NCBI GenBank assembly: GCA_003215775.1 | Contig: QCJW01000008.1 | Coordinates: 2,833 to 66,832, forward strand | Direction of reading: 5' to 3' | DNA length: 64,000 bases | Source of the DNA: Prochlorococcus sp. AG-409-G20 | GTDB lineage: Bacteria > Cyanobacteriota > Cyanobacteriia > PCC-6307 > Cyanobiaceae | Shown: piece after piece, positions 19,607 through 27,981 of the stretch | Layout of the letters: each line of letters begins with the position of its first letter | Numbering within the stretch: the first letter of the stretch is position 1 | Notes under the pieces: model-generated | What the model was told of the DNA's origin: nothing | Seen by the model: only the letters and a program-made list of their open reading frames with translations | Databases searched by the model: none | Made by a program: the position numbers and the translations under genes

Positions 19607-20075
19607 CCCTCCATGGTTGCATCAAGATAAGCGGGAGTTAGTCAAATTAATTTTCTTATCGCATCAAAAAGCATTCAAATATGAATTAATGAAATGTCAA
19701 AATATCAGCGACTCATATAGACATAAAAGCCAAGAATTATTTTTTTTAGATTCACCAGTTCTTGCTCATAGCAATACAAAAGATCCTCTCATAACCTATG
19801 CAAATGCAAAGGCACTGCAACTCTGGGGTCGGCAATGGAAGATCATGGTAGGAATGCCATCAAGATTGACAGCACCAAAAGATCAACAAGATAAACGCCA
19901 AGCTACTCTCCATCTAGCAAACCAAAAAAATGGAATTAATGGTTTGCAAGGTATCAGAGTAAATCAAAATGGACGCAAATTTAAAATCTCGAATATAAGA
20001 CTATGGACATTATGGGACGAAGATGAACATCCAATTGGACAAGCCGCAACCTTCTCTGACTGGTGGTTTCTCTAA
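19599..20075 (+). CDS. MEKHLA (PAS-like) domain protein
   Basis: DPLITYANAKALQLWGRQW...MPSRLTAP...GIRVNQNGRKFKISNIRLWTLWDE...GQAATFSDWW fits my recollection of cyanobacterial MEKHLA proteins. The ATG at 19599 overlaps the SWIM stop by 8 nt. An alternative ATG lies at 19545. Confidence 0.6.
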   Translation: MNDPPWLHQDKRELVKLIFLSHQKAFKYELMKCQNISDSYRHKSQELFFLDSPVLAHSNTKDPLITYANAKALQLWGRQWKIMVGMPSRLTAPKDQQDKRQATLHLANQKNGINGLQGIRVNQNGRKFKISNIRLWTLWDEDEHPIGQAATFSDWWFL

Positions 20076-20201
20076 AGATGACTCCATTTACTATCTGCTA
20101 TGACTTACCAAACACCTAATAAGGTTTGTCCAAATTTTGAATTCCAACCAAAAGACAATTTATAGTTGATGTTTCAACCATAATTTTTACCACGAAGCGA
20201 A

Positions 20202-21311
20202 ATGCAACGTCGCAAGTTACTCAAAACAAGCGCAACAACACTTTCGGGAGTAATTGGTGCAAGCATGCTTAATGCCTGCACCATTCGGAAAGAAGAGAAT
20301 GTGCGTATGAATAATTTGCCAAAAATACGATGGCGTATGGCAACCAGCTGGCCTATATCACTAGATACAATCTATGGAGGAGCAGAAACCATAAGTCAAA
20401 GAGTTAATACTCTTAGTGGTGGGAACTTCCAAATCAAACCATATGCTGCTGGCGAATTAGTACCTGGATTGGAAGTGCTCGATTCAGTGCAATCAGGATC
20501 AATAGAATGTGGTCATACAGCAAGCTACTACTACATAGGCAAAAATCCTGCATTTGCTTTTGGAACTTCAGTTCCTTTTGGCTTAACGGCACAACAGCAA
20601 AATGCTTGGCTATACGAAGACAACGGATTAAGAGCTCTAAACAAACTTTATGCAGACTTTGGAGTTATTAGTTTTCCTGCAGGTAATACAGGAGCCCAAA
20701 TGGGAGGTTGGTTCAAACAAAAGCTTGACGGCTTGAAATCTCTACAAGGTCTAAAAATGCGAATTCCAGGGCTTGGAGGAAAAGTAATGGCCCAACTTGG
20801 AGTAAATGTTCAAGTATTACCTGGTGGAGAAATTTATCTTGCTCTAGATCGTGGTGCAATTGATGCAGCTGAGTGGACAGGCCCTTATGACGATGAAAAA
20901 CTCGGTTTATTTAGAGCAGCAAAATATTATTACTATCCAGGCTGGTGGGAGCCAGGTCCAACTCTTACTGCTCTAGTCAATAAAAAAGCATGGCAAAAAT
21001 TACCAACTGAATATCAAGCTATTTTTAAAACAGCCTGCTATGAAGCAAACCTGTCAATGCTGAGTCGTTATGACAATCTGAATGGTGCTGCACTTCAACG
21101 ACTCATTCAAAAAGGAACTCAACTAATCCAATACGAAGACACAATCCTCAAGGCGGCTGAAGAGGCTTCTTTTGAACTGTTGGAAGAAATAGGAGAAAAA
21201 GACATCGGTTTCAACGAAATCTTTACTCAATGGAAAAAATTCCGTCAAAACGTCTCATCTTGGAACAAAATCAATGAATTCTCCTTCTCACGCTTTAGAT
21301 ATCAGGCATGA
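20202..21311 (+). CDS. dctP: TRAP transporter substrate-binding protein (DctP family) with a Tat-like signal and lipobox
   Basis: 369 aa. N-terminus MQRRKLLKTSATTLSGVIGASMLNAC. The mature part (WRMATSWPISLDTIYGG...GELVPGLEVLDSVQSGSIECGHT) is typical of family-7 solute-binding proteins. Confidence 0.85.
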   Translation: MQRRKLLKTSATTLSGVIGASMLNACTIRKEENVRMNNLPKIRWRMATSWPISLDTIYGGAETISQRVNTLSGGNFQIKPYAAGELVPGLEVLDSVQSGSIECGHTASYYYIGKNPAFAFGTSVPFGLTAQQQNAWLYEDNGLRALNKLYADFGVISFPAGNTGAQMGGWFKQKLDGLKSLQGLKMRIPGLGGKVMAQLGVNVQVLPGGEIYLALDRGAIDAAEWTGPYDDEKLGLFRAAKYYYYPGWWEPGPTLTALVNKKAWQKLPTEYQAIFKTACYEANLSMLSRYDNLNGAALQRLIQKGTQLIQYEDTILKAAEEASFELLEEIGEKDIGFNEIFTQWKKFRQNVSSWNKINEFSFSRFRYQA

Positions 21312-21859
21312 AAAAATTTCTTGCAATTGCGAGCAAATTAGACAAGGTAAATAAAATTGCAGGCATTATTGGAAAGTGGTCAATATTACTAATGCTTGGC
21401 TTGGGACTATGGAATGTAATCGGCAGATATCTAGGTGTTGCATTGAAATATAACCTTAGTTCCAATGGACTCATTGAAAGTCAGTGGTATCTATTTGATT
21501 TAGCTTTCCTTCTCGGACTAGGGTGGACACTACAACGGCAAAATCATGTTCGAGTAGATGTACTACAAGGCAGATGGGGAGCTAAACGAAAAGCAAAAAT
21601 AGAACTATTGGGAACCTTGCTATTACTTTTACCATTTTCTTTGGGGGTAATGGCTATCTCAATCGAGCCAGCAATACATTCATGGAATATCCTAGAGGCA
21701 TCACCTGACCCTAATGGACTTCCTCGCTATTTAATCAAAAGCCTTATTCCATTGGGATTTTTTCTGCTGTCCTTACAAGGAATTGCCGAGGCAATTCGTA
21801 GCCTATCAATATTAAAAAAATCAAATACTAAACTTTTGGAGCAAGATTCAAGTGATTGA
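21308..21859 (+). CDS. dctQ: TRAP transporter small permease
   Basis: 183 aa with four hydrophobic segments. ATGA overlap with the binding-protein stop. Confidence 0.8.
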   Translation: MKKFLAIASKLDKVNKIAGIIGKWSILLMLGLGLWNVIGRYLGVALKYNLSSNGLIESQWYLFDLAFLLGLGWTLQRQNHVRVDVLQGRWGAKRKAKIELLGTLLLLLPFSLGVMAISIEPAIHSWNILEASPDPNGLPRYLIKSLIPLGFFLLSLQGIAEAIRSLSILKKSNTKLLEQDSSD

Positions 21860-23222
21860 AATACAACTACTTGGATACGTCATAACTATTGATCCAACAA
21901 ATTTTCTAGGACCAGGTATGTTCCTAGCTTTAATCACAGTGCTTCTAAGTGGCTATCCAGTAGCTTTTTGCTTAGGAGGAATTGCAGTGATCTTTTCATT
22001 GCTAGGCATGATATTTGGAGAAATCGATCCCATATTTGTTTCTGCTCTTCCTCAAAGAATTTTGGGGATCATGGGTAACTTCACATTATTAGCTATTCCA
22101 GCCTTTATTTTCATGGGGGCAATGTTGGAGGCCTCAGGTATTGCCGAGCGACTTCTTGAAAGCATGGGTCAACTTCTTGGGAAAATAAGAGGTGGACTTG
22201 CATTATCTGTAGTTATAGTCGGTTCTCTTCTTGCAGCAACAACTGGTGTAGTAGCAGCCACTGTGACCACCATGGGATTAATTTCACTGCCAGCAATGTT
22301 ACGTGCTGGATACAATCGATCCCTTGCCACAGGTGTAATTGCAGCCTCAGGCACACTGGGTCAAATCATCCCGCCAAGCATTGTCCTTGTCGTGCTTGGG
22401 GATCAACTTGGTATTTCTGTAGGAGATCTATTTCTTGGATCTCTAATTCCTGGAATCCTTATGGCAACTACTTTTGCGTTATATATACTTGTCATCACTA
22501 CTATTAAACCTGAATTAGCACCTAAACAAAATAATATTACTTTGGCTCCAATACAACTAATTCAATTAATAAGAATAATACTTCCGCCACTTGGTCTGAT
22601 TTTTCTAGTACTTGGGAGTATCTTTTTTGGTATTGCCACACCTACTGAAGCAGGAACACTCGGCGCTATTGGAGCTATATGCCTTGCTGCATTAAATCGT
22701 GAATTTAATCGAAAAACCCTTTCAAAAGTATGCGATGAGACATTACGAACAACATCTATGGTCATAGCAATCCTCCTAGGCTCTACTGCATTTAGCCTAG
22801 TTTTTAGAGGTATTGGTGGAGATGAATTAATTGGACAAATCTTACTCAATCTTCCTGGAGGAAAAATTGGATTCATGGCATTTAGTATGCTCACAATATT
22901 TATTTTAGGGTTTTTCATAGACTTCTTTGAAATTGCTTTCATTGCAGTTCCACTACTTCTTCCATCAGCCCGACAATTACTGGGACCCGATGCACTCCTA
23001 TGGCTTGGTGTTGTAATTGGAGCAAATCTGCAAACATCATTTTTAACTCCTCCTTTTGGCTTTGCTCTGTTTTATTTAAGAGGCGTAGCCCCAAAGTCAA
23101 TTAAAACAAAAGAAATTTATGCTGGTGCACTTCCTTTTGTAGGATTACAAATATGTGTTTTAGTATTAATTATCCTTATGCCAGGATTAGTAAATTGGCT
23201 TCCAAGAATGTCTTGGTCATGA
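21852..23222 (+). CDS. dctM: TRAP transporter large permease
   Basis: 456-aa polytopic membrane protein. GTG start overlaps the dctQ stop by 8 nt. Confidence 0.9.
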   Translation: MIEIQLLGYVITIDPTNFLGPGMFLALITVLLSGYPVAFCLGGIAVIFSLLGMIFGEIDPIFVSALPQRILGIMGNFTLLAIPAFIFMGAMLEASGIAERLLESMGQLLGKIRGGLALSVVIVGSLLAATTGVVAATVTTMGLISLPAMLRAGYNRSLATGVIAASGTLGQIIPPSIVLVVLGDQLGISVGDLFLGSLIPGILMATTFALYILVITTIKPELAPKQNNITLAPIQLIQLIRIILPPLGLIFLVLGSIFFGIATPTEAGTLGAIGAICLAALNREFNRKTLSKVCDETLRTTSMVIAILLGSTAFSLVFRGIGGDELIGQILLNLPGGKIGFMAFSMLTIFILGFFIDFFEIAFIAVPLLLPSARQLLGPDALLWLGVVIGANLQTSFLTPPFGFALFYLRGVAPKSIKTKEIYAGALPFVGLQICVLVLIILMPGLVNWLPRMSWS

Positions 23223-23280
23223 AATCGTAGACAGATTAAACACAAAGCCTACTCGCAAACCAACCTTGGTCGAAAAATCG

Positions 23281-25050
23281 ATGAAACCAGACAACTCAAA
23301 CACAAGTACTGAAAATGCTCAAGACAGGTTATCTCTTCAATACGAATTAATTGGAGCAGATAGTTCAACCATCAGATCTTTAGATTGGAATCGTAGCCGC
23401 TTTGATATTGAATTCGGACTCAGAAATGGAACAACATACAACAGTTACATCATCCAAGGAGAAAAAATAGCCCTGATAGACACAAGTCACGCAAAGTTTC
23501 ATGATCAATGGTTGGAGACGATTCAAACAACAATCCAGCCAAGCCAAATTGACTATCTTATAGTTAGTCATACTGAACCTGATCATTCAGGATTAATAGG
23601 TAATCTTCTAGAGCTCAATCCAGATATAGAAATCATTGCTTCCAAAATAGCCCTCCAATTCCTTGCAAATCAAATACATCGCTCTTTTAAATCAAGGGCA
23701 ATCAAAAGTGGAGATGAATTAACTCTAGGGACAAACAAATCAAGTGGCATTTGCCATCGATTGGAATTTATAAGTGCACCCAATCTCCACTGGCCTGACA
23801 CGATTTTTTCATATGATCATGGCACTGGCATAATATATACATGCGATGCTTTTGGATTGCATTACTGCTCCAATGAGCTATTTGATACGGATCCACATCA
23901 AATAGCTGCAGACTATCGTTTTTATTATGATTGTCTGATGGCTCCAAATGCTCGTAGTGTTTTACAAGCTATTAAAAGAATAGAAAAACTACCGCAAATC
24001 TCCACCATTGCAGTAGGTCATGGTCCATTATTGCGTAACAATTTGAACTTATGGATAAACAATTATCGAGAATGGAGTAATCAAAAAAACAAAGGGCAAA
24101 ATTATGCTGCTGTTTGTTACTTAAGTCAATATGGCTATTGTGATCAACTTAGTCAAGCTCTTGCTCATGGCATAGGAAAAGCTGAAGCTCAAGTGCAACT
24201 AGTTGATCTGAGAGCTACTGATGCTCAAGAACTGAGCTCTCTTATCAGTGGCGCTAAAGCAATTGTAGTTCCAACATGGCCAAATAAACCCGATATTGAA
24301 TTACAAAATACAATCAATACTCTTCTTGCTGCATTAGAACAAAAACAATATATAGCCGTTTATGATGCATTTAGCGGTAATGACGAGCCAATAGATTCAG
24401 TTACAAATCAACTACGTAATCTTGGTCAAAAAGATGCTTTTGCTCCTTTACGTGTCAAAGACATTCCTGATGGAAATACTTATCAACAATTTGAAGAAGC
24501 AGGGACTGATCTTGGACAATTACTTAATCGACAAAAAGCTATCGCCACAATGAAAAGTCTTGATGCAGATCTAGATAAAGCATTAGGAAGACTTAGTGGT
24601 GGATTATATGTAATAACAGCTAGTCAAGGTCATAGAGAAACTCTACGCAAAAGTGCCATGGTGGCTAGTTGGGTAAGTCAAGCAAGCTTCACACCCCCAG
24701 GATTGACAGTTGCAGTAGCCAAAGATCGAGCAATAGAAGCATTGATGCAAGTAGGAGATCATTTTGTAGTAAATGTCCTAAAAGAAGATAATTATCAACA
24801 TATCCTTCGACACTTTCTTAAGCGATTCCCACCAGGAGCCAATCGATTTGAAGGTATCAACATAATCGAAGATCTAGCGAAAGGTGGACCAGTGCTAGCT
24901 GACGCTCTTGCATTCCTTAGCTGTAGAGTTGATAAAAGACTTGAAGGTCCAGATCACTGGATCATCTATGGAATAGTAGAGCAAGGCAACATTGCAGACA
25001 CAGAAATCAATACTGCTGTTCATCACCGCAAAGTTGGAAATCACTACTAA
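23281..25050 (+). CDS. flv3: Flavodiiron protein with canonical diiron ligands (Flv3/FlvB-type)
   Basis: Metallo-beta-lactamase-like, flavodoxin-like and flavin-reductase-like domains. Canonical SHTEPDH, HWPD, CDAFG and GHGP motifs. I prefer the ATG at 23281 to the TTG at 23266. Confidence 0.85.
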   Translation: MKPDNSNTSTENAQDRLSLQYELIGADSSTIRSLDWNRSRFDIEFGLRNGTTYNSYIIQGEKIALIDTSHAKFHDQWLETIQTTIQPSQIDYLIVSHTEPDHSGLIGNLLELNPDIEIIASKIALQFLANQIHRSFKSRAIKSGDELTLGTNKSSGICHRLEFISAPNLHWPDTIFSYDHGTGIIYTCDAFGLHYCSNELFDTDPHQIAADYRFYYDCLMAPNARSVLQAIKRIEKLPQISTIAVGHGPLLRNNLNLWINNYREWSNQKNKGQNYAAVCYLSQYGYCDQLSQALAHGIGKAEAQVQLVDLRATDAQELSSLISGAKAIVVPTWPNKPDIELQNTINTLLAALEQKQYIAVYDAFSGNDEPIDSVTNQLRNLGQKDAFAPLRVKDIPDGNTYQQFEEAGTDLGQLLNRQKAIATMKSLDADLDKALGRLSGGLYVITASQGHRETLRKSAMVASWVSQASFTPPGLTVAVAKDRAIEALMQVGDHFVVNVLKEDNYQHILRHFLKRFPPGANRFEGINIIEDLAKGGPVLADALAFLSCRVDKRLEGPDHWIIYGIVEQGNIADTEINTAVHHRKVGNHY

Positions 25051-26894
25051 TGAAAACCTCATCTTTTTCAAAAAAAGATAATCTCAACGATGAGATTAAA
25101 GTAATTTCAATTCCAATAGAAGAAGGATTAATAAGCCTCCGAGGACTTAGCCCAAAACGTTTACGATTCGAACTCGAATATGCGCTCGAACGCGGCAGCA
25201 CAGACAATAGCTTTCTTTTTATATACCCAGATAGTGATTTTCCATCAGCAAAACAAGCCTTATTAATTCATCCGCCAGGCGCAACTTATTCAGAGGCCTT
25301 TATACCAGCGATCAAATCTTGTATCCCACAAGAGATTACAACCTTACAAGTTCTAGTTGGTCATGTAAATCCAAACCGAATCTCTCTTCTTAAAGATTTA
25401 GTTAAAATATATCCGAATCTTAAATTGATTAGTTCCAACCCTGGAGCCCAGCTATTAACTGAATTATGGAATCAAATCAAACCCAATGAAAAGTCTAAGA
25501 AAGGTACTGAAAATTTAACTAAAATACCACCTATAAAAATTGTCCGTCAAGAAGAAGAACTTCATGTTAGTTCAAACTATACATTAAGATTTATACCAGC
25601 AACATCACCTCGCTGGCCAGGCGGTTTACTTGTTTTCGAAGAGAACTTAGGGATATTAATGAGTGATAAATTCTTTGCTGCACACTTATGTACTGAAAAA
25701 TGGGCCGAAACCAATTCCTCTTCTATTGAAGAAGAGCGTAGACATTTCTACGATTGTTTGATGGCAACCATGTCAAGCCAAGTAGAGGCAATTGTTGACC
25801 GCCTAGAAGAACTGGATATTCGTATTATTGCCCCTGGACATGGACCAGCGATTGACACTAGTTGGCGTAGTCTATTAAACAACTACAAAAGATGGGGCGA
25901 AAGCCAACAAAAAGCATCACTAAAGGTTGTTTTGCTTTTTGCAAGTGCATATGGGAATACAGCAGCAATAGCTGATGCACTTGCGAATGGAATCAACCGA
26001 ACAGGTGTCAAAGTTGAAAGTTTAAACTGTGAATTCACTCCATCTGACAAATTAATTGAAGAAATCAAAAGTGCTGACGCTTATTTAATAGGTTCTCCAA
26101 CACTAGGTGGCCATGCCCCTACACCCATCGTCTCGGCTCTTGGTAGTCTTCTGGCCGAAGGAAATCGCAATAAACTTATTGGAATTTTTGGTAGTTATGG
26201 ATGGAGTGGTGAAGCGCTCGATCTTTTGGAGAACAAATTAAGAGATGGTGGATTCAAATTCGGATTCGATCCCATTAAGATAAAATTTAGTCCAGATGCG
26301 TTAATGATTAAAACATTAGAAGAAACAGGGATACTTTTTGGACGAAAACTGTTAAATAACCAGAAAAAACTTATACGTCGTCAACCTATAGGGATGGCAG
26401 AAAGTAAAAGCGATCCCACTGTCTTAGCACTTGGGCGAATAGTTGGGTCTTTATCTATTTTGACAGTCAATAAGCTGGCAGAATCTCATCAACTACGTGG
26501 TGCAATGGTTGCCAGCTGGATCAGTCAAGCAAGTTTCTCACCACCAGGATTAACCATCGCTGTGGCTAAAGATCGAGCTGTAGAAGCCTTATTGCACAAA
26601 GATGATTTCTTTATACTTAACATTCTCGCATCAGGCCGACACAACAAACTTATGAAGCAATTTTTACGGCCTTTCTCTCCCGGAGCCGATCGACTCGAAG
26701 GAATTACGTTTGATTTAAGTCCCAATGAGCAGCCAATCCTTCCAGAGGCACTTGCGTGGCTAGAAGCGTGTGTCAAACAACGAATGGAATGCGGAGATCA
26801 TTGGCTAATCTATGCAGAAGTGCTCAACGGAAAAGTATTAGATGATGAGAGTAATACTGCTGTGCATTACCGTCGCACAGGTGCAAATTATTAA
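25050..26894 (+). CDS. flv1: Flavodiiron protein with substituted diiron ligands (Flv1/FlvA-type)
   Basis: Same three-domain layout, but HxExDH is replaced by GHVNPNR and HWPD by RWPG. The start overlaps the upstream stop (TAATG). Confidence 0.85.
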   Translation: MKTSSFSKKDNLNDEIKVISIPIEEGLISLRGLSPKRLRFELEYALERGSTDNSFLFIYPDSDFPSAKQALLIHPPGATYSEAFIPAIKSCIPQEITTLQVLVGHVNPNRISLLKDLVKIYPNLKLISSNPGAQLLTELWNQIKPNEKSKKGTENLTKIPPIKIVRQEEELHVSSNYTLRFIPATSPRWPGGLLVFEENLGILMSDKFFAAHLCTEKWAETNSSSIEEERRHFYDCLMATMSSQVEAIVDRLEELDIRIIAPGHGPAIDTSWRSLLNNYKRWGESQQKASLKVVLLFASAYGNTAAIADALANGINRTGVKVESLNCEFTPSDKLIEEIKSADAYLIGSPTLGGHAPTPIVSALGSLLAEGNRNKLIGIFGSYGWSGEALDLLENKLRDGGFKFGFDPIKIKFSPDALMIKTLEETGILFGRKLLNNQKKLIRRQPIGMAESKSDPTVLALGRIVGSLSILTVNKLAESHQLRGAMVASWISQASFSPPGLTIAVAKDRAVEALLHKDDFFILNILASGRHNKLMKQFLRPFSPGADRLEGITFDLSPNEQPILPEALAWLEACVKQRMECGDHWLIYAEVLNGKVLDDESNTAVHYRRTGANY

Positions 26895-26934
26895 TCCATT
26901 CACTCCTTTCAAAAACCTTTAGCCAATCCTCCCC

Positions 26935-27459
26935 ATGAAAACTAATAGCAACATACTTGTAATTACAGCAAGCAATGGTGAAAACCTTAAGCTTGCAAAC
27001 CGGTTTATTCATTTAGCAACTGAATTAGGTGCTAACACTGAGTTACTAGATCTAACAACCCTAGATCTACCTTTATATAACCCAAGAATTCATGAGCAAG
27101 AAGGCATTCCCCCATCAATTAAAAGTCTGAATGATCAAATGAATGCCATCTCTCATTGGATTATCTGTGCTCCTGAATACAACGGTTCTATACCTCCAGT
27201 TTTTACAAGTGCTCTTGCTTGGTTGTCTGTGCAAGGAGATGATTTCAGATCATTATTTAATGGAAGACCAATTGCCATGGCCTCGTTCTCAGGAGGTGGT
27301 GGAATGGAATTACTTCTATCTCTTCGCATACAACTCACACACCTTGGTGCTCAAGTAGTTGGTCGTCAACTTATGAGTAATTACAGCAAGCCAATAAAAG
27401 ATGAATCAATTAATGATCTTTTAAAACGATTACTTCAAATGCAGCCACTTGATCTTTAA
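26935..27459 (+). CDS. NAD(P)H-dependent FMN reductase-family flavoprotein
   Basis: 174 aa. ILVITASNGENL...WIICAPEYNGSIPPVFTSALAW has the layout of the NADPH-dependent FMN reductase family. Confidence 0.7.
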   Translation: MKTNSNILVITASNGENLKLANRFIHLATELGANTELLDLTTLDLPLYNPRIHEQEGIPPSIKSLNDQMNAISHWIICAPEYNGSIPPVFTSALAWLSVQGDDFRSLFNGRPIAMASFSGGGGMELLLSLRIQLTHLGAQVVGRQLMSNYSKPIKDESINDLLKRLLQMQPLDL

Positions 27460-27748
27460 AAAGCTCTGAGAATAATATATTGCAAATTCTTGGCTGCTAA
27501 AAACAAGAGCTAAAGGATAATTTTCAATAAGCCACCATATATGGATCATGAAGAAACAGCAAACCAACACAATTAACCATTAAGCTTGCAAAAGATAATT
27601 CACTGGGAAATAAGTCTTTGCAAGGAATTAGCGCCTATTCTGTAACGGTTAATACAACTATAATAAATAGAGAAATAACACAAACCCAAAGTTTGCTAGC
27701 ACACCATATATTGTGGTATCAAATTGGTGACAACTAGCTTCACGCTCC

Positions 27749-27979
27749 ATGTCCATCAAAGTTCTTCTAGGAAGATCTCAAGCAATTCGCTACAGAGGTT
27801 TTCTCTTCTTACAACAACCCAATGAGACTTGGTTAGTACGTCCGGAAAGAAGTCCTTTAATAATATTGCCATTTAGAACGTCTACTTGCTCAATCACAGA
27901 AGCTAAGAAAATTTTAGACCTTAAGCTCTCTGCTCTAAATCATCTAGATGAAAAGAGCTCCGAGAACATACAAAAGTAA
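27749..27979 (+). CDS. Small hypothetical protein
   Basis: 76-aa ATG ORF filling the gap before the convergent PBP gene. No motif. Confidence 0.35.
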   Translation: MSIKVLLGRSQAIRYRGFLFLQQPNETWLVRPERSPLIILPFRTSTCSITEAKKILDLKLSALNHLDEKSSENIQK

Positions 27980-27981
27980 AA

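Noticed and set aside
22562-22942. 126-aa minus-strand ORF inside dctM (also 22169-22354)
   Set aside because: Antisense shadows of a polytopic membrane-protein gene, with no motif and no independent signals.
27657-27756. 32-aa minus-strand ORF (MDMEREASCHQFDTTIYGVLANFGFVLFLYLL) that looked like a small photosystem or cytochrome subunit
   Set aside because: It does not match any small thylakoid subunit sequence I can recall (PetN, PetM, PsbM, PsaM and others). It overlaps the start of the 27749 ORF, and at this length chance occurrence is likely.
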